The notes under the pieces are model-generated. The model made no database searches and was not told the origin of the DNA. It saw only the letters and a program-made list of their open reading frames with translations. A DNA stretch of 64,000 bases from Candidatus Helarchaeota archaeon (lineage in GTDB: Archaea > Asgardarchaeota > Lokiarchaeia > Helarchaeales > RDOG01): assembly GCA_019058315.1 (NCBI GenBank), contig JAHPZH010000001.1, positions 343,536 to 407,535 on the forward strand, written 5' to 3'. Position numbers and translations under genes: made by a program. Below, in pieces: positions 29,171 to 39,800 of this stretch. Numbering within the stretch: position 1 is the stretch's first letter; every line of letters starts with the position of its first letter.

Positions 29171-31054
29171 TTGAATGTCAAGATAAAAAAAATCCTAATT
29201 ATAATCTTTCTCATGTTTAATATACTTGTATTTTCCCAAATAATACAAAACACGCGGAAAACTACAAATATATTTAATAGTCTATCGTATCCTTTAAAAT
29301 TAAGTTCTAGTAATGTTAAAATAATAATAGGAAATGAAATTAGAGCAAATAGTTACAATACCGATTATTAAGAAAATCCCACTATTTGTTTTTTTGATGA
29401 TGGTTCATTTGTTGTTGCTTGGGATAGTGTAGGTCAAGATGGATGGCAAGAAGGTATTTTCATTAAATTATTCAACTCAACAGGTCAAAATCAGACTGGT
29501 GACATCCAAGTGAATGAGGAATTTATGTGGAAACAAGAAAACCCTTCTATTTGTCGTCTATCAAATGATTCTATTGTAGTGACTTGGCAAAGCGATGAGC
29601 AGGATGGAGAAGACTTTGGAGTTTATGCTAAAATATTCAATTCAACACTTGATAACCAAACTAGTGAATTTTTGGTAAATACCAATATTACAAATATTCA
29701 ACAAAAACCTTCGGTTAGCCGTATTAACAATAATTCGTTTATAATAGTTTGGGAAAGTAGATATCAAGACGGTGATGGGTATGGGATTTATGCTAAAATA
29801 TTTAACTTAACTGGTAATAATCAGACTGATGAATTTCAGGTGAATACATATACTAACAATAGTCAACAAAATCCTTGTGTGTGTAGTCTCACAAATGGCA
29901 ATTTCATTATCACTTGGGATAGTTTAGGACAAGATGGATACCAAACTGGGGTTTTTATGAAAATGTTTAATTCGACAGGTCATAATATGACTGATGATAT
30001 TCAAGTTAATGGATATTATGAATATATACAATCAAATCCTTCAATATGTTACTTATCAAACAATTCATTTGCTGTATCTTGGGCAAGTGAGAATCAAGAT
30101 GGTGATAATTACGGTGTTTTCGCTAAAATTTTTAATTCATCATGTCATAACCAAACTGGTGACATCCAAGTAAATACATATTTTAATGAAGCTCAATCCC
30201 ATCCTTCCATGTCTAATTTCTCTAATGGATACTTTGTGATAACTTGGCAAAGTGTTGAACAAGATGGAGATGGTTATGGAGTTTTTTATAAGCTTTTTGA
30301 TTCAAATGGAAAAAACTTAACTGATGATATTCAAGCTAACACTTTCTGGATAGATTATCAAAGGAATCCATCCGTACATTGTTATCTTGATAATAATTTT
30401 GTCATAGTATGGGATGGTGAGGAAATTATTGGTGATTATCAAGATATTTTCTTTAAAGTCATAAGATATGAAATAAACTCTAGAACAACTAATCCTTTAG
30501 AATCAATTCCTTTACTATTAAACAATTCTTCTAATATAAATTCTGAAATTATATCGATTTTTATTATTTTAGCCATTATAGCTATTTCAACTCTTGGAAT
30601 TGTATCTTATAAATTAAAAAATAAAGAAAATTTAACTCCTAAAATTAAAAATTTCATAAAACAGAATTTTTTAGGATTGATAATCACAGAAAGACCATCG
30701 GGAAACTTAATTTATAAAAAATATTTTAAAAACGAACTAAAAGAGCCCTATCTAATAAGTGGATTTTTAACAGCAATTCAAGCTGTAGATTTAGGTCTTA
30801 TTTCAAGTAATGTTATAGTGAAAAAGCTATCATTTAAAAATTATCAAATTAAATCCGAAGAGGGAGAATATACAACCGTCAATTTTATTCTCTCAAAACA
30901 TCCAATTATTGAAATTTCTGACTTAATATTTAAAAAATTGAAAAATTTTATTCGAGAATTTGAAAGTTTAAATAAAAGTTCATTTAAGAATAAAAAAAGT
31001 CATGACAAATCTGAGGAAATAGATAATTTAATTCAAGAAATAATTTTTGAATAG
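29171..31054 (+). pseudogene. Beta-propeller-TM-longin-like surface protein interrupted by an in-frame TAA at 29369-29371
   Basis: ORFs 29171..29371 and 29510..31054 share a frame. The 138 nt between them encode a full repeat (ENPTICFFDDGSFVVAWDSVGQDGWQEGIFIKLFNSTG). The stop sits at the conserved Gln of the QxNP motif. Confidence 0.85.
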
Positions 31055-31083
31055 CAATATAACAAAATTAAACTTTAATATGA

Positions 31084-31974
31084 GTGCTAATGTTTAAAAT
31101 CAATTCATTACCCGAAAAAATCTTATATAGTTCAGTAAGAATTGAAACTGAAAATACATCTGGTCAAACAGGTGTTGGTACGGGATTTATTGTAAGTTAT
31201 ATCAAGAATAATCATATTAGTCTTTATCTGGTAACCACTAAGCACCATATTAAGGAAGCAGTAAAAGGAAAATTGCTATTTATTCGAAGCGATGGTGAAA
31301 AACCAATTAAAGAACACAGTGTTTCTATTTCAATAAATAATTTTCATAAAAAGTGGTTTCAACACCCACAAGATGAAATTGATATTGCTATTATGCCATT
31401 TAACGAACTAATTTATAAATTGAAGAATAATGGAATTCAAATATTTTTTAGTATGATAGATAGCAAATTAATACCCTCAGAAAAAGTTTTGAGAGAAGAT
31501 ATAAGCACAGTAGAAGATATCCTTTTTCCTGGTTATCCTGATAACATTTATGACACTAAAAATTTAATTCCTGTTATTAGAAAAGGTGTAACTTCAACAC
31601 CTATTTCAATGGATTTTGAGGGGAATCCAATATTTTTAATTGACGCATCAATTTTTCCAGGATCAAGTGGTAGTCCGATATTTATTTATAATATTAATAA
31701 AATCTCTTCGAAACATAAAGAATTAGGAAATCTTGAACGTATTTTCTTTGTAGGAATTCTATCTAATGTCTTTGTAAAAGAAGATTTTATCTTTAGAGAT
31801 GATGTTGGACTTAATATAAGTAATATTCCAGCTCTACAAACAAGACAGTACATGAACTTGGGTATCGTCTTTAAGGCTTTTTTAATTAAGGATTTAATTA
31901 AAGAATACCAAAAAGCGGAATTTATTATTTCTTTATTAGATTATACAATTAAGAAAATATATAAAAAAAGATAA
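31084..31974 (+). CDS. Trypsin-like serine protease (no signal peptide)
   Basis: GTGFIV, LVTTKH, DIAI, GYP, IDASIFPGSSGSP. Confidence 0.88.
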   Translation: MLMFKINSLPEKILYSSVRIETENTSGQTGVGTGFIVSYIKNNHISLYLVTTKHHIKEAVKGKLLFIRSDGEKPIKEHSVSISINNFHKKWFQHPQDEIDIAIMPFNELIYKLKNNGIQIFFSMIDSKLIPSEKVLREDISTVEDILFPGYPDNIYDTKNLIPVIRKGVTSTPISMDFEGNPIFLIDASIFPGSSGSPIFIYNINKISSKHKELGNLERIFFVGILSNVFVKEDFIFRDDVGLNISNIPALQTRQYMNLGIVFKAFLIKDLIKEYQKAEFIISLLDYTIKKIYKKR

Positions 31975-31978
31975 TAAT

Positions 31979-34900
31979 TTAATAATTAGACTTTTTTCCA
32001 GTTTTGCCGTTTATTTTTTTAGAAGAAAGTTGATTTTCGATTTTTTTTAACCTATTTTCTATTACTCTGTTATTTTTATTAGCAGAATTACTAATAATAG
32101 CAATTGTCAGTATGAATGTTATTGCTATTCCTGAGATTATACCTAATCCGATAGGAGATAATAATAAATCTAGAATATTAGCCGTACTTTGTGGAGGAAT
32201 GAAAATAATACTATCATCTTCTGCACTTGGATTATTTGGATCTGTGCCATATAGAAATATTTCATCATAATCACTAACTCCATCTCCATCCGTATCATTG
32301 TTAAATGGATTGGTATTATGGACAAAAATTTCATCGTAATCGTTTAAGCCATCGCTGTCTGTATCATTATTTGTTCCATTAGTTTGATATATAACTACTT
32401 CATCAAAATCGTTTAACCCGTCGCTATCTGTATCAAAATTCGTTGCATTGGTTGGATAAACAATATTTTCATCATAATCGTTTAATCCGTCACTGTCGGT
32501 ATCAGGATTAGTTGCATTAGTTGGATAAATAATAATTTCATCGTAATCATTTAATCCATCACTATCTGTATCCAGATTGGTAGGATTAGTTAGATGAATA
32601 ATAGTTTCATTGTAATCATTCAATCCATCACCATCTGTATCATTATTGATTGAATTGGTATGATAGACAAAAATTTCATCGTAATCATTCAATCCATCGC
32701 CATCCGTATCATTATTATTAGGATCTGTTGGATATACTATTATCTCCTCATAATCATCTAATCCATCACCATCAGAATCATAATTTGTCGCATTTGTTGG
32801 AAAAATATAGACTTCACTATAGTCATTTAGCCCATCATAGTCTGTATCAGGATTAGAACCATTAGTACCATAAATTTTTACTTCCTTGAAATCATCTATT
32901 TCGTCATCATCTGTATCAGGGTCAGAACCATTTGTATAATAAATCATAACCTCTTCATAATCATTTAAACCATCTCCTTCCGTGTCCGAGATTGTCGCAT
33001 TTGTTTGATACACCATAATTTCATCGTAATCATTTAATCCCTCACCATCAGTGTCATTATTCGTTGCGTTTGTTTGATAGACTATAATTTCATCATAATC
33101 ATTTAATCCCTCACCATCAGTGTCATTATTCGTTGCATTTGTTTGATAAACTATAATTTCATCGTAATCACTCAATCCTTCGCCATCAGTATCATTATTT
33201 GATGGATTTGTATTATATTTCCAAACCTCATGAATAAAAGTCAAACCATCTGAATCTAAATCATCATTACCACATTGTCTAAACTTAATGCATCGCAAAC
33301 CTTGAGTAAGATCTGCAACATATGCTATATCTCCCGAAATTGCCACTCCACTTGCGTACCCTGGGGTGTTAATAATACCTATTTCAGAGGGGCTTGTTGG
33401 ATTGCTAATATTAATACACCATAGCCCTTCGGTATAATCGGCAACACATGCCACGTCTCCTGAGACTGACACATCATATGCTAATCCTGTCGTGTTGTAA
33501 GAGCCTATTTTAGAGGGGTTGGTCGGGTCGCTTATATCAATACACTGTAAGCCTTGAGTTGAATCTGCAACATATGCCACGTCTCCCGAGACTGCTACAC
33601 TAGATGCTAATCCTGGAGTGTTATAATAGCCAATTTCAAACGGATTTCTAGGATTACTAATATCAATGCACCGCAAACCTTGAGACCAAGCAGCGACGAA
33701 AACCAAGTCTCCAAAAACTGCCACACCTGAAGCACTACCTATTATGTCATAAGAGCCTATTTCAGAGGGATTTGCAGGGTTACTTATATCAATGGCCCGC
33801 AAGTAACCATAATCAGCAACATATACAATATCTCCTGAAACAGTTACTCCACGTGCAGATCCCGATGTGTTATAGGAACCAATTTCAGAAGGATTTCTAG
33901 GATCGCTAATATCTATGCACCTCAAGCCTTGATCATAATCAGCAATATACGCCACGTCTCCCGAAACTGCCACATCCCATGCTTGTCCTGGAGTTTTGTT
34001 ATAACCTATTTCAGAAGGATTAATTGGGTCGCTTATATCAATGCATTGCAAACCTTGAGAACCATCTGCAATATATGCCACATCTCCCGAAACTGCTACT
34101 TTATATGCAAATCCTGGAGTAATACAAGAGCCTATTTCTGAGGGGTTGGTGTGGTCACTTATATCTATGCATCGCAAACCATGATCATAATTGGCAACAT
34201 AAGCCACGTCTCCTGATACTGCTACTCCCATTGTCAATCCTGGTGTAATATAAAATCCGATTTCCGAGGGTTTGGTCGGGTCGCTTATATCAATACACCA
34301 CAATCCTTCCTCATCATTGGCAATATATGCGATATCACCCGAAACGACTACTCCACGTGCTAAACCTGGGAAATTAATGTAACCTATTTCAGGGGGATAA
34401 GAAGGATCACTTATATTAATGCATCGCAAACCTTGAGAACCAGCAGCAATATATACAACATCACCCTCAACTGAGACTCCATGTGCATATTCTGTGGTCA
34501 CACAAGAGCCTATCTCAAAGGGGTTGGTCGGATCGCTAATATTGATACTCCGCATGCCTTGATCATAAGCTGCAACATACGCAACATCGCCCGAGATGGT
34601 TACAGCATATGCAGGTCCTTTCGCACTACAATTGCCTATTTCAGAGGGGTTAGTAGGATCGCTTATATTAATACACCGCAACCCTCCGTTATCATCAGCT
34701 ATATATGCTACGTCCCCTGAAATTGCCACTGCCCGTGCAAATCCCGAAGTGTTATAGTTCCCTATTTTTGAGGGACTAGTTGGGTCACTAATATTAAAAC
34801 ACGCCAATCCTTGGTTACCATCAGCAATATATGCCATGTCACCTGAGATAGCCACTCCCCATGAGAATCCATTAGTAGAGCAAGTGCTAATTAAAGAAAG

Positions 34901-35206
34901 GTTTGTCGGGTCGCTAATATTAATACAGCGTAAATAATACCAATCAACAATATATGCCACGTCTCCCGATACTGCAACTCCAGATACATATCCAAATCCT
35001 GGGTCTATATAACCGAGCTCCGCCTCTTCAATCTGAAGCTCCATAGGAATTGAAGGAATGAATTCCTCTTTATTTAACTCTTGATTAAACCAATCTGGTA
35101 TTATCATATCTGTTCGAATTAAAGAAGAAGTCGAAATTGTAAATAATATTGAAAATAAAGCTATTAATGCTAAGATTTGAATTTTTTTTCTCTTTTTCAG
35201 GTTCAT
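31979..35206 (-). CDS. Surface protein: 14 LVIVD repeats + 15 DxDxDG (TSP3-like Ca-binding) repeats + TM
   Basis: 42-aa VAVSGDVAYIAD..GLRCIDISDPTNPSEIG units; 23-aa DTDGDGLNDYDEIxxYxTNAT units; N-terminal signal and C-terminal TM. Confidence 0.92.
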   Translation of the reverse strand: MNLKKRKKIQILALIALFSILFTISTSSLIRTDMIIPDWFNQELNKEEFIPSIPMELQIEEAELGYIDPGFGYVSGVAVSGDVAYIVDWYYLRCINISDPTNLSLISTCSTNGFSWGVAISGDMAYIADGNQGLACFNISDPTSPSKIGNYNTSGFARAVAISGDVAYIADDNGGLRCINISDPTNPSEIGNCSAKGPAYAVTISGDVAYVAAYDQGMRSINISDPTNPFEIGSCVTTEYAHGVSVEGDVVYIAAGSQGLRCINISDPSYPPEIGYINFPGLARGVVVSGDIAYIANDEEGLWCIDISDPTKPSEIGFYITPGLTMGVAVSGDVAYVANYDHGLRCIDISDHTNPSEIGSCITPGFAYKVAVSGDVAYIADGSQGLQCIDISDPINPSEIGYNKTPGQAWDVAVSGDVAYIADYDQGLRCIDISDPRNPSEIGSYNTSGSARGVTVSGDIVYVADYGYLRAIDISNPANPSEIGSYDIIGSASGVAVFGDLVFVAAWSQGLRCIDISNPRNPFEIGYYNTPGLASSVAVSGDVAYVADSTQGLQCIDISDPTNPSKIGSYNTTGLAYDVSVSGDVACVADYTEGLWCINISNPTSPSEIGIINTPGYASGVAISGDIAYVADLTQGLRCIKFRQCGNDDLDSDGLTFIHEVWKYNTNPSNNDTDGEGLSDYDEIIVYQTNATNNDTDGEGLNDYDEIIVYQTNATNNDTDGEGLNDYDEIMVYQTNATISDTEGDGLNDYEEVMIYYTNGSDPDTDDDEIDDFKEVKIYGTNGSNPDTDYDGLNDYSEVYIFPTNATNYDSDGDGLDDYEEIIVYPTDPNNNDTDGDGLNDYDEIFVYHTNSINNDTDGDGLNDYNETIIHLTNPTNLDTDSDGLNDYDEIIIYPTNATNPDTDSDGLNDYDENIVYPTNATNFDTDSDGLNDFDEVVIYQTNGTNNDTDSDGLNDYDEIFVHNTNPFNNDTDGDGVSDYDEIFLYGTDPNNPSAEDDSIIFIPPQSTANILDLLLSPIGLGIISGIAITFILTIAIISNSANKNNRVIENRLKKIENQLSSKKINGKTGKKSNY
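32230..33265. repeat. 69-bp coding tandem repeat (TSP3-like units), near-identical copies around 33000-33200
   Basis: ccatcagtgtcattattcgttgc..tttgata..ataatttcatc..aatcatttaatccctca recurs with 69-bp period. Confidence 0.85.
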
Positions 35207-35294
35207 GTTTCATCCTTCCTTTAAAATCATTTGATAAATTGAAGATTTAAAGTAAATTAAATGCAATTAAAGATGAAATTAAAAAATAAAAAAA

Positions 35295-36689
35295 TTAAAC
35301 TCCACTCCAACCTTTCTTTAAAGGTTCGGGTAGACTTTCATGCCATTCTTTTTCCTTGTCTTTTGATGATTTCGAATCTGTTGCAGCTTCTACAGCCTTT
35401 TGTAGACCTTTCTTCATTTTATCTTTCCAACTAAGTTTAACTTTAGCTTTTTTTGGATAGACTTCAGGATTATTTTTTTCTAATATAATTCTAACATTTT
35501 CATAACCTGAGCCTTCGACTTGATGTTTTTTTCCGTGTACAAGTTTTAGGGATTTCATATTACTGAACCATTTTGGCCAATTTACTCTAGAAGTACCAGT
35601 TATATCCGAATCTGTAATATCTAACTCCTCAAGAGATTCCAGATTTTGAAATTGGTCAGGGAATTTACCTAATCCCTTGGTCTCTGCTAAATTTAATTTT
35701 TTAAGATTTTTTAAGTTACCAATTCCATTTGCAAAAGTATTAAAATCTAACATATTCTCTGAAAGATTCAATTCTTCCAATGAAGTAATTTTAAGGACAT
35801 GTTCCAGAAAAGTTGCTGGTGATTTTTTATCTGAAGCTTCAATTTTTAACCTTTTAAGATTAGGAATTGTAGTCAAAGTTACACATTTTTCAGATTCTAC
35901 CGATGTTCGTAAGAGATACAATGTTTCTAGTGATGAAAGACCTTCAAGACTATTAAAATCAAGAATTTTTCCACCGATTCGATAATTATAGGATTTGGAA
36001 AGAAAGAGTGATTTTAAATTCTTTAATTTTGCTAAAGGTTCAAACTTTTTATCGTTTTTATCAATATTTGCAGGATAGATATGTATTTCAACGACAGACC
36101 CATTTTCATGTTTAAACCAATATCCATAATTGTTTTTCTTGCCATATGGAAAAATACTTTGCTCAATATTGTCTTCTAACTCTCTTAATGCCGTGATATC
36201 TTCTTCTTTTAATTCTACATCCCATTGTTTGGTTGATCCCCATTCTGCACGTTTTTTTTCCAATACACCTCTCCATCTTTTATATTCTGCATTATATTGT
36301 GCCTTAATATCTGCAGACGACATAGGGCATGCTATAGGTATTTTGTAAAGCAGAAAAACACCAGCAAATGGAGCACCAAGAGAGCATTGTGAAATGACTC
36401 CTTTTTTTAAATCATATTGATCATAAATTTCATATTCACCACTTGTATTTTCAACAGATCCAACTTGTTCACGATTAGAATCCAATATCTCACATTCACC
36501 CTCTCCTGAATTTTGAATAAAACCAATTGTTACACTATTATGATCCATAATTTCATATTCTCCGCCTCCATTATCGTGGATATAACCTACAGTACGATAT
36601 TCAGAATCTGATACTAAATAATCTCCAGCTGAATCATCTATATACCCAATTGTATCTCCTTCATAATCTCTTATTTCATATTCCGTCAA
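35295..36689 (-). CDS. LRR protein with N-terminal acidic ~19-aa beta-hairpin repeats
   Basis: N-terminus EYEIxDxxxxTIGYI x5; C-half LKNLKSLFLS, LEELNLSEN, LKKLNLAET, LEELDITDS. Confidence 0.85.
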   Translation of the reverse strand: MTEYEIRDYEGDTIGYIDDSAGDYLVSDSEYRTVGYIHDNGGGEYEIMDHNSVTIGFIQNSGEGECEILDSNREQVGSVENTSGEYEIYDQYDLKKGVISQCSLGAPFAGVFLLYKIPIACPMSSADIKAQYNAEYKRWRGVLEKKRAEWGSTKQWDVELKEEDITALRELEDNIEQSIFPYGKKNNYGYWFKHENGSVVEIHIYPANIDKNDKKFEPLAKLKNLKSLFLSKSYNYRIGGKILDFNSLEGLSSLETLYLLRTSVESEKCVTLTTIPNLKRLKIEASDKKSPATFLEHVLKITSLEELNLSENMLDFNTFANGIGNLKNLKKLNLAETKGLGKFPDQFQNLESLEELDITDSDITGTSRVNWPKWFSNMKSLKLVHGKKHQVEGSGYENVRIILEKNNPEVYPKKAKVKLSWKDKMKKGLQKAVEAATDSKSSKDKEKEWHESLPEPLKKGWSGV

Positions 36690-36872
36690 ATTTTACACCT
36701 CTTTTTATTTAAATTTTCTTTGAAGTTTTTTCTCCTATTTAATCATCGTTTCTGTCTTTAATGATTAAAGTAGATAATTTCGAACTATTTTCGCTCATTT
36801 TTAAGAATATTTTAAATATTTAAAAAAAATAAAAAAATTTAGAGTTTTTTTGAACCATTTTTTAGAAGTTCA

Positions 36873-39800
36873 CTATTTTTCACTTTCTGATGTGGATGGA
36901 TAGAATATTTTCTTCCCATTTTTCGATTTCTTACTTACTACAATTCCAATTATAATGACTACCACCGCAATACCTCCAATAACTCCGAAGAATATTGGTG
37001 AAGTAAAAAATGATCCTCCGCCACCTGCCATTGAAGCTGCACCAAGTAACAACCCCGGATCTAATCCTTGAGAAGGTTGCTCTTCTGTAATAGTTATAAT
37101 AACTGTATCAACTATTCCAAGTAACCCGTAGCTGTTATTATATTCAATAGTATAATTGAAAACTCCAGTAACTGATCGATTTAAAGAAATCATCAAATTT
37201 GTGTTGTTTATCCAATCAGTCCAGTCAATCCAAACATAGTAATTGTCATTAGAATCATTCACCAAAATTCTATATTTTCCTGGTCCTACTGAATCCCAAA
37301 GTATCCAATCAATCGTTTCTGATCCAGATAATTCTGAATTAAAATTCGCAGGTTGGTTTGATGTTGGAGGTTGAGGTAAAGTAATAGTAACAATTACTTC
37401 ATCTGTAATTCCATAAATTCCGTAAGAGTTATTGAAAATTATTAGATATCTAAATACTCCAGTAGCCGTTCTATTGATTGGTATTAGTAAATTTGTATTA
37501 TTTATCCAATCGGTCCACCCTTGCCAAATATACATCACATCATTTGTATCATTCGCTATAACGATGAATTTTGCTGGTCCTACTGCATCCCAAAGGATCC
37601 AATCTATTGTCTCAGTTCCTAAAGTGGTTGTTTGTATATCCAGAGGACTATTTGAAGTAGGTGGCAACACAACTGTTACTATAACCATATCAGGAGTTCC
37701 AAGAATACTTGCACTATTATTAAATTCAATCGTGTAATTGAAAATCCCTGTGGCAGTTCTGTTGATAGTTATCATTAAATTGGAATCATTTGTCCAATCG
37801 GTCCAATCTTGCCAAATATAATAATTATTATTTGTATCATTTGCCCAAACTCTATACTTTCCTGACCCTACTGCATCCCAAAGAAACCAATCGATTGTCT
37901 CTAATCCAATCGTTGACGTTAGAATATTTGAAGGACTGTTTGAAGTTGGAGTTGTAACCACATTAACTATTACTGTATCTGGATTTCCAAAGAAATTTCC
38001 ACTGTTATTATATTCAATAGTATAGTTGAAAATTCCTGTAGCAGTTCTATTGATAGCTGCCATTAAATTGGTATTATTCGTCCAATCAGTCCAATCAAGC
38101 CAAACATAATAATTGCCGTTTGTATCATTTGCCCATATTCTGTATTTTCCTGATCCCATTGAATCTAAAAGTATCCAGTCTATAGTTTCAGACCCAGTTG
38201 TTAAGGTCACAATATCGCCAGGACTGTTTGAAGTAGGTAATTCCATTATTGTTACAATAACGGTATTAGGAGTTCCAAATATTCCTCCAGTATTATTAAA
38301 TTCAATTGTATAGTTGTAAATTCCAATGTCTGTTCTATTAATGTCTATCATTAGATTTGTATTATTAGTCCAATCAGTCCAATCAAGCCAAACATAATAA
38401 TTATCATTTGTATCATTTGCCCATACTCTGTATTTTCCCGAACCTACCGAGTCCCAAAGAGTCCAATCAATAGTTTCTGAACCAAGAGTAGATGTTATAA
38501 TGTTCGATGGACTATTTGAATTCGGAGGAGTAACTACTATTACAATAACTGTATCAGGATTTCCAAAGAAATCTCCACTGTTATTATATTCAATAGTATA
38601 GTTGAAAATTCCTGTAGCAGTTCTATTGATGGCTGCCATTAAGTTTGAATTATTCGTCCAATCAGTCCAATCAATCCATACATAGTAATTGTCATTTGTA
38701 TCATTTACCCAAACTCTATATTTTCCTGGTCCCATTGAATCCAAAAGTGTCCAGTCTATAGTTTCAGACCCAGAAGTTAAGGTCACAATATCGTTAGGAC
38801 TATTTGAAGTCGGTAATTCCATAACTGCTACTATGACCATATCGGGAGCTCCATATAATCCACCTGAATTGTTATATTCAATAGTATAATTGAAAATCCC
38901 TACAACAGTTCTATTAATAGTAACCGCTAAATTAGAATTATTGGTCCAATCAGTCCAATCTTGCCGAATATAGTAGTTATCATTCGTATCATTAGCCCAA
39001 ACTCGATACTTTCCAGATCCTACTTTATCCCAAAGCATCCAATCAATAGTTTCTGAGCCTAGAGTCGAAGTTATAATATCATCAGGCTGATTTGAAGAAG
39101 GATAATCCACTACAGTTACTATAACTGTATCAGGTGAACCAATGAACCCTTTACTATTATTATATTCAATAGTGTAGTTAAAAACTCCTATAGTAGTTCT
39201 ATTAATAGTAACTGTTAAATTAGTATTATTGGTCCAATCAGTCCAACCCTGCCAGATATAGTAGTTATCATTAGAATCATTGGCCCAAACTCTATACTTT
39301 CCCGACCCTATTGTATCCCAAAGAGTCCAATTGATCAATTCTGTTCCTAAAGTAGTAGTTAATATATCATCTGGATAATTCGATCTTGGAGGCTGTCCAT
39401 AAAGTCCCGTGTGATTGCAATCATGTTGAAACATTGGCCAAGGAAACCTTTCAGTTTCAAAGTCGCCAGTATATTTTAAGACGTAAATAGAATCATCGAG
39501 AGAACCCACAACAATTTCAACTAAGTCATTATCAATTATATTACCAATAGCTGGTGATGAAGGTACATCTCCCCCAGTTTGCACAGGAAACTCATTTACA
39601 ATTGTTCCATCATGATTTAATGCCCAAATGTAATCATTTGATGAACCAATTACTACTTCCAACTGTCCTTCTCCATCAATATCTCCAAGAGCAGGAGAAC
39701 CCTCAATTAAACCACCTATATATATAGGCCATCCAGTTACATTAGTTCCATCATGATTTAATGCCCATATATTTCCAATATTATCACCAATTACAATTTC

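Noticed and set aside
29369-29371. Selenocysteine/pyrrolysine recoding
   Set aside because: The codon is TAA, not TGA or TAG. It aligns with Gln, and TAA ends many genes in this window.
33290-35010. Diversity-generating retroelement acting on the propeller repeats
   Set aside because: No reverse transcriptase in the window, and I saw no template/variable repeat pair with adenine-specific differences.
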